A DNA stretch of 64,000 nucleotides. Origin: Lytechinus pictus (lineage: Eukaryota). Below are positions 14,501 through 25,674 of the stretch, in pieces; the stretch's first letter is position 1, and the number at the start of each line of letters is the position of its first letter. The DNA lies in contig NC_087251.1 in NCBI RefSeq assembly GCF_037042905.1, positions 45,882,001-45,946,000 on the forward strand. Reading direction: 5' to 3'. Under the pieces are notes generated by a model that did not search any database, had not been told where the DNA came from, and was given only the letters and a program-made list of their open reading frames with translations. The position numbers were made by a program, and so were the translations under genes.

Positions 14501-17500
14501 TTGACTTGATTTTGTCACCCATCATTTCCTTACAGCCGATAATAAAATACTACATGGGTATGGTTACTATGGTGACTGATAACAAAGAAGCTGAAGCCGC
14601 TGAAGATCAAGTTAATAGCAGACCTCCTCTCTGGACGATATTCAAACAGGTAAATATTCTCACAGAGAGAGAGAGAAAAAAAAAATCATACAAATTCGAG
14701 ACATTTCTCAGTTTCTTCTGGAAAGATGATGAAATTCATGTTATTTTCGATGGTTACATTAACGTATTTGTATATATACTTGTAAATTACTATGAGCGTT
14801 TCATGGAAGCGCTTGACGGACGTTTTATCCGACAGGTCCTGTTTTGTCAGACTGTCACCATAGTAACGTACAGTGGTTCTCAGCCAATTAGAATCAAGGA
14901 AAGATGTCAAATGTGACAACTTGTTAGACGAAAAACGTCGTTGAAACGTTCTCTAGAAGTGATCAGTGAGTGTTGGAATTTTTTTTTTGGGCGCGCTGGA
15001 AGATGGTGGCAATGTACGTGAGTAAGTGTCTGAATCCCGTGAGAGTGCGAATATTTATGTCTTGGTCAATCTGATGGTATAGGTTGGTTGTGATCGCGGC
15101 GTGCTTATAATCTTTGACATGAAATTTAATTTACATGATATTTACACAATGAGGAGCAGGAAGGTATGCTGAAATGAAAGTTTCCTGACGGTTTTGAAAG
15201 ATACAAATGGATTGACGGAAATACAACGATTAGGGATATTACAAAGAGGGGACGCACTTCAGACTTTTTTTGATAAAACGTTTAAAGAACCATGCCAATT
15301 TACGACGTGCTTCGCCGAGTCGTCCAATATATCATTTGTTTTTCCTTATCAGCTTCTTTGAAAACCAGTTGTTCAGGGTGGAAGCAAAATACCATGATTT
15401 GAAATGAAATAATGGGGATAAATCTGAAAATATAATTATTAGTTGTGTAAATAAGGCTAACCGATTGCAGCAAATGTAAAATCATTTTCACAATGTCACA
15501 GTCATATAGCCCTAGGCTACCGTTTGAAGGGGGAAAAGTTCATGAGGTCTATGTCCGATGTCGTGAGATTTATCGCATCGTAACTTCTCTGCTGTCATTT
15601 CGTATGCATCAGCCTTGTAAAATATAGAAAATATATATCAACCTGTTTAACGACTTATGAATATGAGTGCAATGTCGGTTCAAACACCTCGTCTAACCCA
15701 GAATCGTAGACAGGTGTATTATGTTAAAGGGTCCAACCATGTGTTAGAGGAAACGCAACTCGCAGCAGGAATGAAAGCAAAAGGAAATTTGCACTTGTAA
15801 AGTACTCGCCGCTCGAGGCTTTTGCGCTGTCCAATAAATGTGTGTCAGATTTTTTTTCTGACTACTATTATAATTATTAACAGATTAAATTGAGGATTGA
15901 AAATGTGGATCTCAAACAGGCTGTAGTCAACTTCGGGCGTGGCGCATTTATTGTGCAGGGCATAGTACAAACACTTTAGAAACCATTTCGGATGGGATTA
16001 ATTATCTATTGGGGAAAAGATAAAAGACTAATTGGAGCACCGATTGGGAAACTCATCGGAAGAAACGGTTCAAATAAATTTCCTATTAAAAGGAGATTCA
16101 CAGGTTATACAAACAGTCGGGACATTTTACTTGTCATTTAAAGCTACCGATTCTTTCATGACACATCCAGCTATCAGCTTATAAACATCGTTACAGAGTA
16201 CCTTAACCTTCATAATCAAGGGTGTTAAAGGCGTATAATGGAAATACTAATTACATGCATGAAAGTACATTGATTGGCATGACGTAACAATTGTCCTATA
16301 TGCTGAAGAAAAATGACAAGGATTCGAGTTATATGGGGAAGAGAGTGCCGCTACTGCCGCATTTTTTGTTTTCCTCAAGTTACAGCAAAGTTCTCCATAA
16401 GAGTAATACTATGAATCATAGCAGTTTCCAAGGAAAAAATATTAGGTTAGGATGTACGCCACCCGGTGGGTGTTTCATGAAGCTGTTCGTTAAGTTACGC
16501 AAGACTTACGCATGACTGGTGACCTTTCTTGTGCCACACTATCCCTATATAGCTGACTTAACACCTAAGATCATGTTCCACTCGTGCGTAAAGTTGTGCG
16601 TAATTTTACGAACAGCTTTATGAAGCATCCACCTGCTGGGCCTCGTAACACTAAGATTAGCGATTAATCGCTAATTTGAAATAACAATTCTGATTGGTTC
16701 CTAGTCAGTCTACGGAGCAAAATGCGCATGCAAGGATGATCTTGATAGGCCATTTCATTTACCGATTAATTGCTAACCTTTGTGTTGCGGAGCCCTGGCC
16801 ATGAAAATGGAATTAAATTCGCTAATTCTGTTGCTTAATATTCTCACACGAATCATTGTTTTTACATGCTTAACTGTTTTGAAGAGTTCGTTCACACGTG
16901 CGACTCGGATCTGATATTTTGCCCCCCCCCCCAAAAAAAAAAGAACTCGTTCCTTTACGTATTTTAATCGGAAATCGCTACTCAATATTTTGTATGATTT
17001 TGTTTGTATCTTTTATATAATGCAAAACCCGTAATATTTAAAATGGGCACGATTTTTCGGGCTTTTGTGGCACATCAAAAATACAATCGGCCTAATATAC
17101 GATCTTTCTGAGTGGATAGATTGAAACGCAGGGGTGAGCAATCAAACGCAAATTTAATTTGATATTGCATTTCATAACAGCTGCATTTCTAAAAATATAC
17201 AAGGCAAGCTAATATTTGTGAAATCAATTTCAACTTGAGATCGATCTCGGGTACCTGGGATGTAAACTGGACCCTTGTAATATTCAAAACTATGGATATT
17301 ATTAGTGTGGCGCAAAAAGTAGAGTTTTAATTCCCTTCAAGTTAATTCGTATTTTCGTCGACGTAACCTTCTAAATTCAGAGGAGAGCTCTGGAAACAAA
17401 AATATTGTCGAGGTCATCATGCCATAAGTTAAATACTTGATTGCATAAATCTCGAATTCCAAGATGATCGAATTTGTGATTTTAGTCATATTTCATACTG

Positions 17501-18013
17501 ATGTGAATTTTATGTGACAGTTCGTAGTAATCACTTATTTCAATAACCTTTGTACACAGCGGGAGAAAATGTTTTGTTGTTTTTAAACTTGACAACTACT
17601 ACGGTGGCCATTACGAGTCCTTTGGACCACATAATTTATTTGCTCTGCGTCTGGCTTTGAAATGCCTCTTCAAATTGTGACGTCCGTCTGTAAGCGAATG
17701 TTTGTATTTTCCTTTATAATGTAGATCAAGATGCAAGTGTTAAACATCTGGTTGTTATTTTTCGTGACCCTGGCGATCTTCCCGGCGGTATTGGTTGATA
17801 TACCATCTGTTGACGAGGATCCGTCCTACTTCAAGCAGGTTTACTTCATTCCTCTCTGCTGCTTCTTCACCTTTAACCTCGGCGACTTCTTTGGCAGCGT
17901 CCTGCCCGCCTGGATCCGATGGGTAAGCTTTATTTTTTGTTCATCATTTTCCAAATTATTTTGGCCTGTCAAAATGTCAGTGGGAATGTGCCTCCGTTCG
18001 TCGTGACATTGGA

Positions 18014-18051
<38 letters not shown>

Positions 18052-20255
18052 TGCCAGAATATATTTGATGGGGAGAGTGCTTCCAGTGGTGGCGACTTTT
18101 TTTTGGGTAATCATTTAATGACCCCCTCCCCTTTTAGTAAAGGCAGGATTCGCCACTGTATATATCAGGTGCTTTTTAGCGATTTATTGTGCTAGCATAT
18201 AGTGATACTGACTAGCAACAAGTTGTCGATGATCTACTGTTTTCATTTATGCTTCATGTATTATTATTTTAAAGTCTGCAAACTCTGAATCATATAAAAG
18301 ACACAAATTAGCTATGAAGGTGTTGCAAGGAACTTGAAATCAGTTGCAAGCCGATGAAACTGAGTTACAAATTTACAAGTGATTGCTGGTTTGATTCTTT
18401 CAGAAGAAAGTATGAATTGAGCTGATACAGTGTATGTTTGAGTATTTTGTTTTGATTGTAAATTTGAAATCATATTTGCATTCAAATGTAAGTAGGCCTA
18501 CTTTTATTGCAACATCCTGAAATAAGATTTATGGTCTACTTCTTGAAACAGAAAGGGTAAATCAATTGCAAATTCATATTGTAATAGACTGCAAATAAAT
18601 TTCCTGCAACATTCTCCGGATATTTTATGAACCAATACAAAAGTAAACAGCTTTCATTTATTCATGTAGTAATGTCTGAATAGTTGACATCTGTAAATCA
18701 TGTAATCACATTTTTTTTTCTTCCCTGACCAGATTATGCAAAACATGAAATAATAATGAACGTCTATTCAGTCTAACCTCTTACAAGTCAAAAATATTGG
18801 TTGGGTTACCCACCTTTGAATTTATAGCAAATGCAAATTATGGGATTTCATGATCTTTTAACTTTTTGGTTGAAAAGACACAGATATGGGATTCTAAGGT
18901 CTTTTGATAGTATAATTGCATTTTTAACTTTGTGGTTGAGAAGGAAAAGTGGTGGAATTTACAGGTCTTTTGACAGTAGTTAACATTATAGTATTTTTTT
19001 TTAATAGACTGATTGCATTTTTTTTTCATTTGCTGTTTCTAATTTGCTAAAATATTTCGATTTTGTGCTGTTAATATCATTTAATATTTTTTTCCTCCAG
19101 AAATATTCCAATTACACATGGGTGCTGGTTGCTAGTCGTCTACTGTTCTTCCCAGTCTTCATATTCTGTAACTACCGTCCTGAACTCCGTTCTGTTCCTG
19201 TGCTTATCAACAATGACTATGCCTATGCTTTCCTGGTTGTGATCATGTCTGTATCTAATGGTTACCTCAAGACTGTCATCATGATGGATGGACCAAAGTA
19301 AGATTTTCACATTATTTGTTTTATTCATGTATCTGTATCTAATGGTTACCTCAAGACTCATCATGATGGATGGACCAAAGTAAGATTTTCACATTATTTG
19401 TTTTATTCATGTATCTGTATCTTATGGTTGCCTCAAGACTGTCATCATGATGGATGGACCAAAGTAAGATTTTCACATTATTTGTTTTATTCATGTATCT
19501 GTATCTAATGGTTACCTCAAGACTGTCATCATCATGGATGGACCAAAGTAAGATTTGAACATTATTTGTTTTATTCATGGAAATCCCAAGACTATGATAA
19601 TAAAGTTTATTAATCTGTCTCTTTGGGTTTTTTGGTCATTGTTTTTCGATCAGACTCAGTTCATTATGCCTCTTTCTACAGAAGATTGAGTGTGTCTGAG
19701 GCATAGTGTTTGGTTTTTGAGCCATCTGCTTATATTTTCTTGAGATAACGGTCTTGAACTACTAATAATAAACTTAAAGTTTGGTATAACATGTATATTT
19801 TGGTTCAGTAGGTGATAAGTTTGGATATTTCAGGCATGATTGTATGGATGAATATTTTTTTTGCAGATTCTGTCAGCCCATGTATGTTTTTTTTTATAAA
19901 TCAGATATCATAGAGTGATGATTATTTTGAACATTAAAAAAAAGATATTTTAGAGTTGCATTATAGGTTTCGTGGAGATCTATTAAGTGATGCGAGTTGG
20001 ATTTTTTCCAAAGCTATCACATGTAAATCAACTCAGCAGGTTTGAATGAGGCATGTTTGAGTGAACATTCTTTTTAGTTGGCATACAGTCTATAATTCTA
20101 AAACAATACCCTCCCTTCTCTCTCACTTGTACAGGATGGTATCTAATCCAAACTGGGCAGGAAAGGCAGCCTCCATGATGGTCTTCTTCCTAATCCTAGG
20201 TATCTTCTGTGGCATCCAGTTCTCCCTCTTCTTCCCTTGGGTCGTTTCTTTATAG
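2508..20255 (+). CDS. Equilibrative nucleoside transporter (SLC29/ENT family), 12 coding exons, 505 aa
   Basis: Exons 2508-2803, 3249-3330, 3775-3908, 7836-7927, 8308-8358, 12154-12239, 13158-13206, 13864-13961, 14536-14649, 17725-17922, 19101-19297, 20135-20255. All introns GT-AG, phases consistent, total 1518 nt. ENT motifs: PPRDK, HGIGTLYPWNSFITAQRYF, VYQSGMY, YTQSYIVGQGIGG, FFVTLAIFPAV, FNLGDFFGS, SRLLFFPVFIFCNYRP, SNGYL. The paralog (ENT1/2/3) cannot be assigned by eye. Confidence 0.93.
2839..3030. repeat. Degenerate (CAT)n microsatellite
   Basis: Direct inspection. Confidence 0.9.
3922..4099. mobile_element. Palindromic MITE, family B (PIF/Harbinger-like)
   Basis: Near-perfect hairpin GCCGTTTC.AAAGCTGTTCGTAAGTTAAGAGCGACTTTAAGAACGACTGGTGATCCTTTCTT and its reverse complement. 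Confidence 0.8.
4208..4383. mobile_element. Palindromic MITE, family B
   Basis: Same arms as 3922-4099 (GGATCACCAGTCGTTCTTAAAGTC..CTTAACTTACGAACAGCTTTATGAAACGG). Confidence 0.75.
8150..8235 (-). mobile_element. tRNA-derived SINE head fragment
   Basis: The minus strand reads CGTGGCCGAG..GGGGTTCGATTCCCGGCC..CCTTGAGCAAGGCACTTA (B-box plus CORE-like motif). Confidence 0.6.
9830..9956. mobile_element. CTG-flanked MITE (decayed)
   Basis: CTG-GGTCCAGTAAAATAAAG ... CTTTGTTTAACGGACCC-CTG. Confidence 0.55.
11160..12060. mobile_element. Older Kolobok-like element with nested insertions
   Basis: Starts TTAAAGGGATATTCCAGG and shares GAAAATTTCATCAAAATCGG and GTGCATATAACTGTTT motifs with the 50128 family. 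Interrupted by a palindromic TTACCCAATATTGGGTA-rich insert (about 11450-11660) and a MITE (11755-11899). Confidence 0.6.
11755..11899. mobile_element. MITE family D, CAG-flanked
   Basis: CAG-GGCCCTGTTGCATAAAAGT ... ACTTCTGCAACGGGGCC-CAG; related copy at 52571-52713. Confidence 0.75.
12365..12761. mobile_element. TTAA-flanked non-autonomous DNA element (Kolobok-like)
   Basis: TTAAAGGGA ... TCCCTTTAA termini only. Confidence 0.4.
14794..14956. mobile_element. MITE family C (decayed)
   Basis: GAGCGTTTCATG..TTTTATCCGACAGGTCCTGTTTT..ACCATAGTAAC..CAGCCAAT..TGAAACG. Confidence 0.7.
16463..16798. mobile_element. Two abutting palindromic MITEs (16463-16635 family-B-like; 16636-16798)
   Basis: GGTGGGTGTTTCATGAAGCTGTTCGTAA...TTACGAACAGCTTTATGAAGCATCCACC, followed directly by CTGGGCCTCGTAACAC...GTGTTGCGGAGCCCTG. 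Confidence 0.7.
19251..19579 (+). repeat. Tandem repeat, 4 x ~84 bp, spanning the ENT exon 11 3' end and donor site
   Basis: Units start at 19251, 19335, 19417 and 19501; each contains GGACCAAA|GTAAGA. Confidence 0.95.
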
Positions 20256-22473
20256 ACGGCAGTGCGCCATCGCACCTGCCGATGGCTAGTGGAAACTTCC
20301 GACAGAAGATAGCAACGCCGCCCCCACTATTCTGTGTGCTTACTACCAAGGATGTAGCCATGCTCTATCTTGGGATAAGACCAATTTGTGTTGAGCATCC
20401 GGCTCAAGATGCCCCGCTGTCCTGTGTGTGGCCAAGAGAGAGCACAATTGTATTCACTCCCCCGTGGCTACGTCTATGGAGTATCATGCTTTCTGTGCAC
20501 ATATTTTGTTGTGTTCAATGTGGCCAACTCTGACGAGCTCCAAGCTCTTCCGACTCTGCGCCGTATTGGTGGAAAGGGAGTTAGGAGTTGGGATATCACC
20601 TTGCTTGTGATGTAGAAAAGAAAACAATAACTTTGAAATTGTTTTGTTTTTTGTTGTTCCGTAAGGTTAAGTGTCATTTAGTTTATATATATAATTTCTC
20701 GCTTTAAATTTCTATGGTTTCTTTATTGTTTGAAATGTTTACATTCTTTATATGAGTTTGAAGGTAATTTACATGTAAATGTTCATGTATTTAAAGTGAA
20801 TTACCATTTATTTCTCTTATGTAATGTACAGTTAATGTAGATATATATTTAATAACATTATAAACGATATTGAGGAACCCTGAAGTTCACACCATGAAGT
20901 AATTTGTCAGTATTTATACATTCTCTCTTTGTAGTATGACACTGCTCAGTCACAATAATCAAAATGTCCAATATGTTTTGATGGCCATATTGGAATGTAA
21001 AATGACAGCTTTTATGTGTGTCATATGTTCATTCTCTATTCATATTCGATATTTCATGATGATGATTTTTTAAATCTGCACCCCAAATTATGTCTTTGAA
21101 TCAAGTATCACACTTTCTGCCTGATTCGAGCAATGATTTCACATATCTTATGTACTGTTTATGATGAAACACTTGTCCCTTTTATTAATTATTCTTTTAT
21201 TTCAAATGATATTTGTGATGTATGCTAGCATAGAGCATGGTGATTGATCTAAAGAGAAATGTAGAGCATTAGAGTGCAGTAAACTTTGCTTCAATTGAAC
21301 TTGTAGAAGAAAACAATGAGTTGCATTTAGAGGGTAGCTTTGTATTTCTTTCTCCCTTTTACAAATTAAAAATTTGGAAATTTTGGTAGATAAAACTTGC
21401 CTGTGTGGCATCATTAACCGATTGTGAAATGTTATCCGAACTCCAGAGACTTGTGTGGTGATTACAAACAATAATTGCCTTAACTTTTGTGTAACTGTTG
21501 TTCATGTATGTCGCCTTTCTAATTATCCTTTCGTCAGAAATGTCATGAAATAATTATGCAGGGTACATTCATATTTTTTAGTAGAAAAAAAACAACAGTA
21601 CTCACAAAGTAATACATGTCCGTAATTTTATAAAAATCCAGAAGTGATATTATGAAATGTCATTCCACTTTCATTGATGCATACTTTGATATGATGAATA
21701 TGATGTGTGTTGCATCGTTCATCTTGAATTAGTTGTTGTCCCTTTGTAGCTCAGATTAATATTTTTATGATTTATCAGTATTAGGATTATGGTGGGATTA
21801 GGGTATCATAAACAGGCAAGTATTTTTCAAGTACCACGTTAATCATTCATGATTACGAAGTGGCAATACATTCCATATCTTGTGCTGGCACACAGGGTGA
21901 TAAATCTACCTGAACATGCCTTAATTCCTTTGTTTTACATTGTACTTCACTGCTTTAAAGCGACCTTACATTGACAAATCATGGGGAAATAAAGGCTTAT
22001 CTCAGAACAGAAAAGGGATTAAAGTTTTTCACTCATGCCTGCATGCCTGGGGGTGTTATGTAATAGATGCCGGCATGTCTGGGAGGTCTAATATAGGAGA
22101 GCAATAGTTAATAGACTAACCAGCCAGAAGTAAACTGCATGTTTTCACTTTGAAACATGTCACTTCACAGAGGTTATTTATTTTGGTTTAGCCATCAAGA
22201 GACCTGCTAAGAGTCTAGGAATTGGGATCATTGGAAACTAGAACTGCGACGACCCAAAGTAAATAACGGTCACGATTTCGGTCAAATTCGTGCTGTCCGA
22301 ACTTTTATCGCTTTAGTCCGACGGGCTCTCATGACGGACGGATTATATTATGCAAGTCAATTGGCCTTTTGCAATTTCGTATTGATTCAATTTCCCCATG
22401 ATTCGTCAATTGCAGGGCGCTTTAAGTTTGATTTTCCTACATCATTAACTGTTTTGGAGAAAAAAAGAAAAAT

Positions 22474-22634
22474 CAGGGGAGCGTTTCATGAAAGGACTTG
22501 TCAGACATTTTATCCGACAGGTCCTGTTTTATTCGACAGCTACCAAAGTAGCTGTGCTTCTCGGCCAATCGAGATCAGGCAAAGTTATAATCTGACAACT
22601 TGTCACACGAAAATATTGATGAAATGCTCCCCAG
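22474..22634. mobile_element. MITE family C, CAG-flanked (PIF/Harbinger-like)
   Basis: CAG-GGGAGCGTTTCAT ... ATGAAATGCTCCC-CAG; related copies at 14794-14956, 56783-56942, 62465-62627. Confidence 0.8.
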
Positions 22635-25600
22635 ATGACAACAGGGTACTGATTTTCAAACTCCACATTTTTTTTTATAGAAGGCAAAAAGTCTAATAGC
22701 TTGTCATTTTTAGAGTGATATGTAAGCAGGTCAAACCCAAGGATGGCCAATTACCGGTACATGTACTAGTAAGTAAATGAAGTGATTTTTTTTTAATTAC
22801 AAGTAATGATTGATGATTTCTCATGACTTTTCAAAAGCTAATGAAAAATCAACAAAGAGGCTGAGAACGCATACATATGTTAATGAAATTCCCATGTGTT
22901 ATTTTTCCTTCCAGCTACCTGTCTTGCAGTAATTAATTTTTTTTTTACATTTTCTGATAGCCAGATTAGGGGCTGCTTCATAAAGGTGTCTGGATAGTTA
23001 TTCATACATGTTCTTTTGCTAAATGAGATAACTCCAAATTTAGAATGGTGTGTAACAAAGTGACAATGAATTTCCTGTGAGCCCTAATCAAATTGTCAAA
23101 TAATACACTTGGCCTTTAAATTGCTTATTAACAATATATTTCAACTTCAACTCATGTAAATTGTAATGAATGAGAATCTAAAGGTAAAAGAACATGCAGT
23201 AAAGTCACACACAACATCACAGCTTTATGGAATGACTCCTAGTAGCATGACAAATATTGCCTCAACAACCTGCCCATATTCATTTCTACTGTGTAATAAA
23301 AATCACCAAATTTTGCTTGAAAAGTATTTCTTTTAAATCAAAAGAGTAAAGCAAATGTAGATAACTGCAATAATCATATGTCATCTCGATAAAGCTTGTA
23401 ATTGCTGCAAACATCAAAGTTTTTTTTTGTTGAATGTCAGAAACCTTTTATTATTATTTTAGGTTAATTCTTGCATGCAAATTTATTGTACATACATTTG
23501 TACATGAATGTGTACATGTAGATGTAAATGATAGGGCATGTTGTTGTGTTGAATTGTGAGGCAAAACAAGATTTTAACAGAAAAGAAAAGAAAAATCTAT
23601 TTTTATAACTTGACTATGAAAGTCAACTTGTGCCTTTATGATACAAGGCAAAATTAAGAAGTGTTATGGAAAGATAAGATAAAAGAAACACAAAAGATAT
23701 GATTTACATTTCATTATGAGAAGACCTAGTTTTCTTTCATAGATTTCAGTGATCCGAGAAGTCTAATGGTTACTCATATATTTTCTATGAGGATTTTATA
23801 AAGAATAATATTTTGATGACAAACTTGTTATTTGAACACTATTCTAATACTGTATGGGTACAATTTTGGGCAAAGTAGATCATTTCAACCATGTTCATTT
23901 CAAATGCGAATTATGAATACAATATATTATCTTCATCGAAACAGATAAAAAGGTTCATAGATTAAACTATTTTTGAATAGCTTGTTTTTATACACATACA
24001 GTATGAGGAGCAACAGAACCCCTATTCAGATATATCACTTTTATTTACATAGATTTGAGGAGTCAAATATCAGTTTTAGAAAATGGACATTCTGTTATTG
24101 AAATAACCAAATACATGCTTACATCAGAATGGCACGTTTTCATGAACAGATAATGCTGCAATATTTTCTAAACCATCAACTCATTTTGCTCATTTGACAA
24201 ACATTGTAAAGTTGTACAGATGAGAACAGTGGGCACCTTCTTAAGATTTGAAGCTAAGAAGATCAATGGCAAATCGACCATGCGGCAACAAATTGCAGTT
24301 CAGCTCATTCTTAAATGAATAGAGTTCAAAACCTCCATAGGGAGATTTTGCATTGTTTAAAATTTTTAATCAAAATGTTCGAGAAATCATGACAGTTTTT
24401 GAAGCATATTGCCTACAATTATTTAATTGTCTTTCCAACAGATCAATCTCATAAGGAGTTGAATCTGTAACAAGAAGCAGTACCAGTAGTACATAAAGCC
24501 ACTGGCAAGGTTTGAACGTAAGATTGCCAACAATCGGCATAACGATCTCTTTCATTGACTTCCTCTTGAAAGCTTCAACTCGTATTAAAATATAATAATA
24601 AGTCATATAATTTTATCAAAAAATATATGACTTATAAAAGCTGGTGAAATATCATTCACCAGCCAAATATATTATAAATAGTATTGTTATATTTTCACTT
24701 TGATTGGTGTGACATCTGCCAACATTTTATGTTTTGGGTTGGATGTATTGGATGTTGAGTGAAATTGCAAATATAAAAGAAGTTTAAGAAAAATAACCAT
24801 TGACTTTTGTTTCATTTGTTGGAAGTTAGAATTAAAAAAATAAAGAAACGTACATCTAGTACCAGTATTTAAAAGTGGCATACATGTATGCTACATACAG
24901 TATACAACAAAAATGACTGAGATGACATGGGTCTTCAGAGAGAAAAAGAAAATAAACTCTTGCACTTGTATTATGATTATCAAATGATTATCAAAAACCA
25001 TAAAAATGATAGGCACATAATACACCATGAAGAAAATTATATTCACCACTAATAGAGGACATGTGCCCCCACCTCCTTCCAACTCTCTTGATACAACATA
25101 ATACTCCTGCAACAAAATCCAAATTGTTATGGTTTCAAAATGCACAGTCCCCTGTCTAATACAGAAAGGTTGATTACAATTTAGGCAATCCATACAAAAT
25201 TTTCCTGATTTGTTTCTTTCATAAAGCCGTTTGTGAGTTTCACAAGACTTTTTGAATGACTGGTGACTGTTTCTAGTGGTAAATGAAACATATATCCCAA
25301 ATAATGATTGGTGGTGAATATAATCTCCCAAGTAAGGGTCACCAATAGTATGTGAATTAATGACGCAGTCACATTTCCCCTACGCGAGTCGAAAACAGCC
25401 GTTTTATTAATTTTTATTCAAACCACCTTTATGAAGCTGGTAAAAAAAATGTTAAAACGGCCATTTTCGACTAACTGTACGGTTGCCATAGGGGAAATGT
25501 GACTGCTTTATGAAGCATCCACCAGAAGCTAAACAAGCAAAATGAAGAAACTCTTAGATTAAACCTGAATAAGCCTAGTTACCACCTGAAAGCAGGTACC

Positions 25601-25674
25601 CAATTAGTTAATTGTATTGCTGCTAGATACCAAAATTGGTGTATTTATCCATTTGCACTCCAACATCAGGCAGG

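Noticed and set aside
15400..16250. Possible decayed LINE remnant on the minus strand
   Set aside because: Only faint RT-like peptide hints with many stop codons; not supportable without a translated search.
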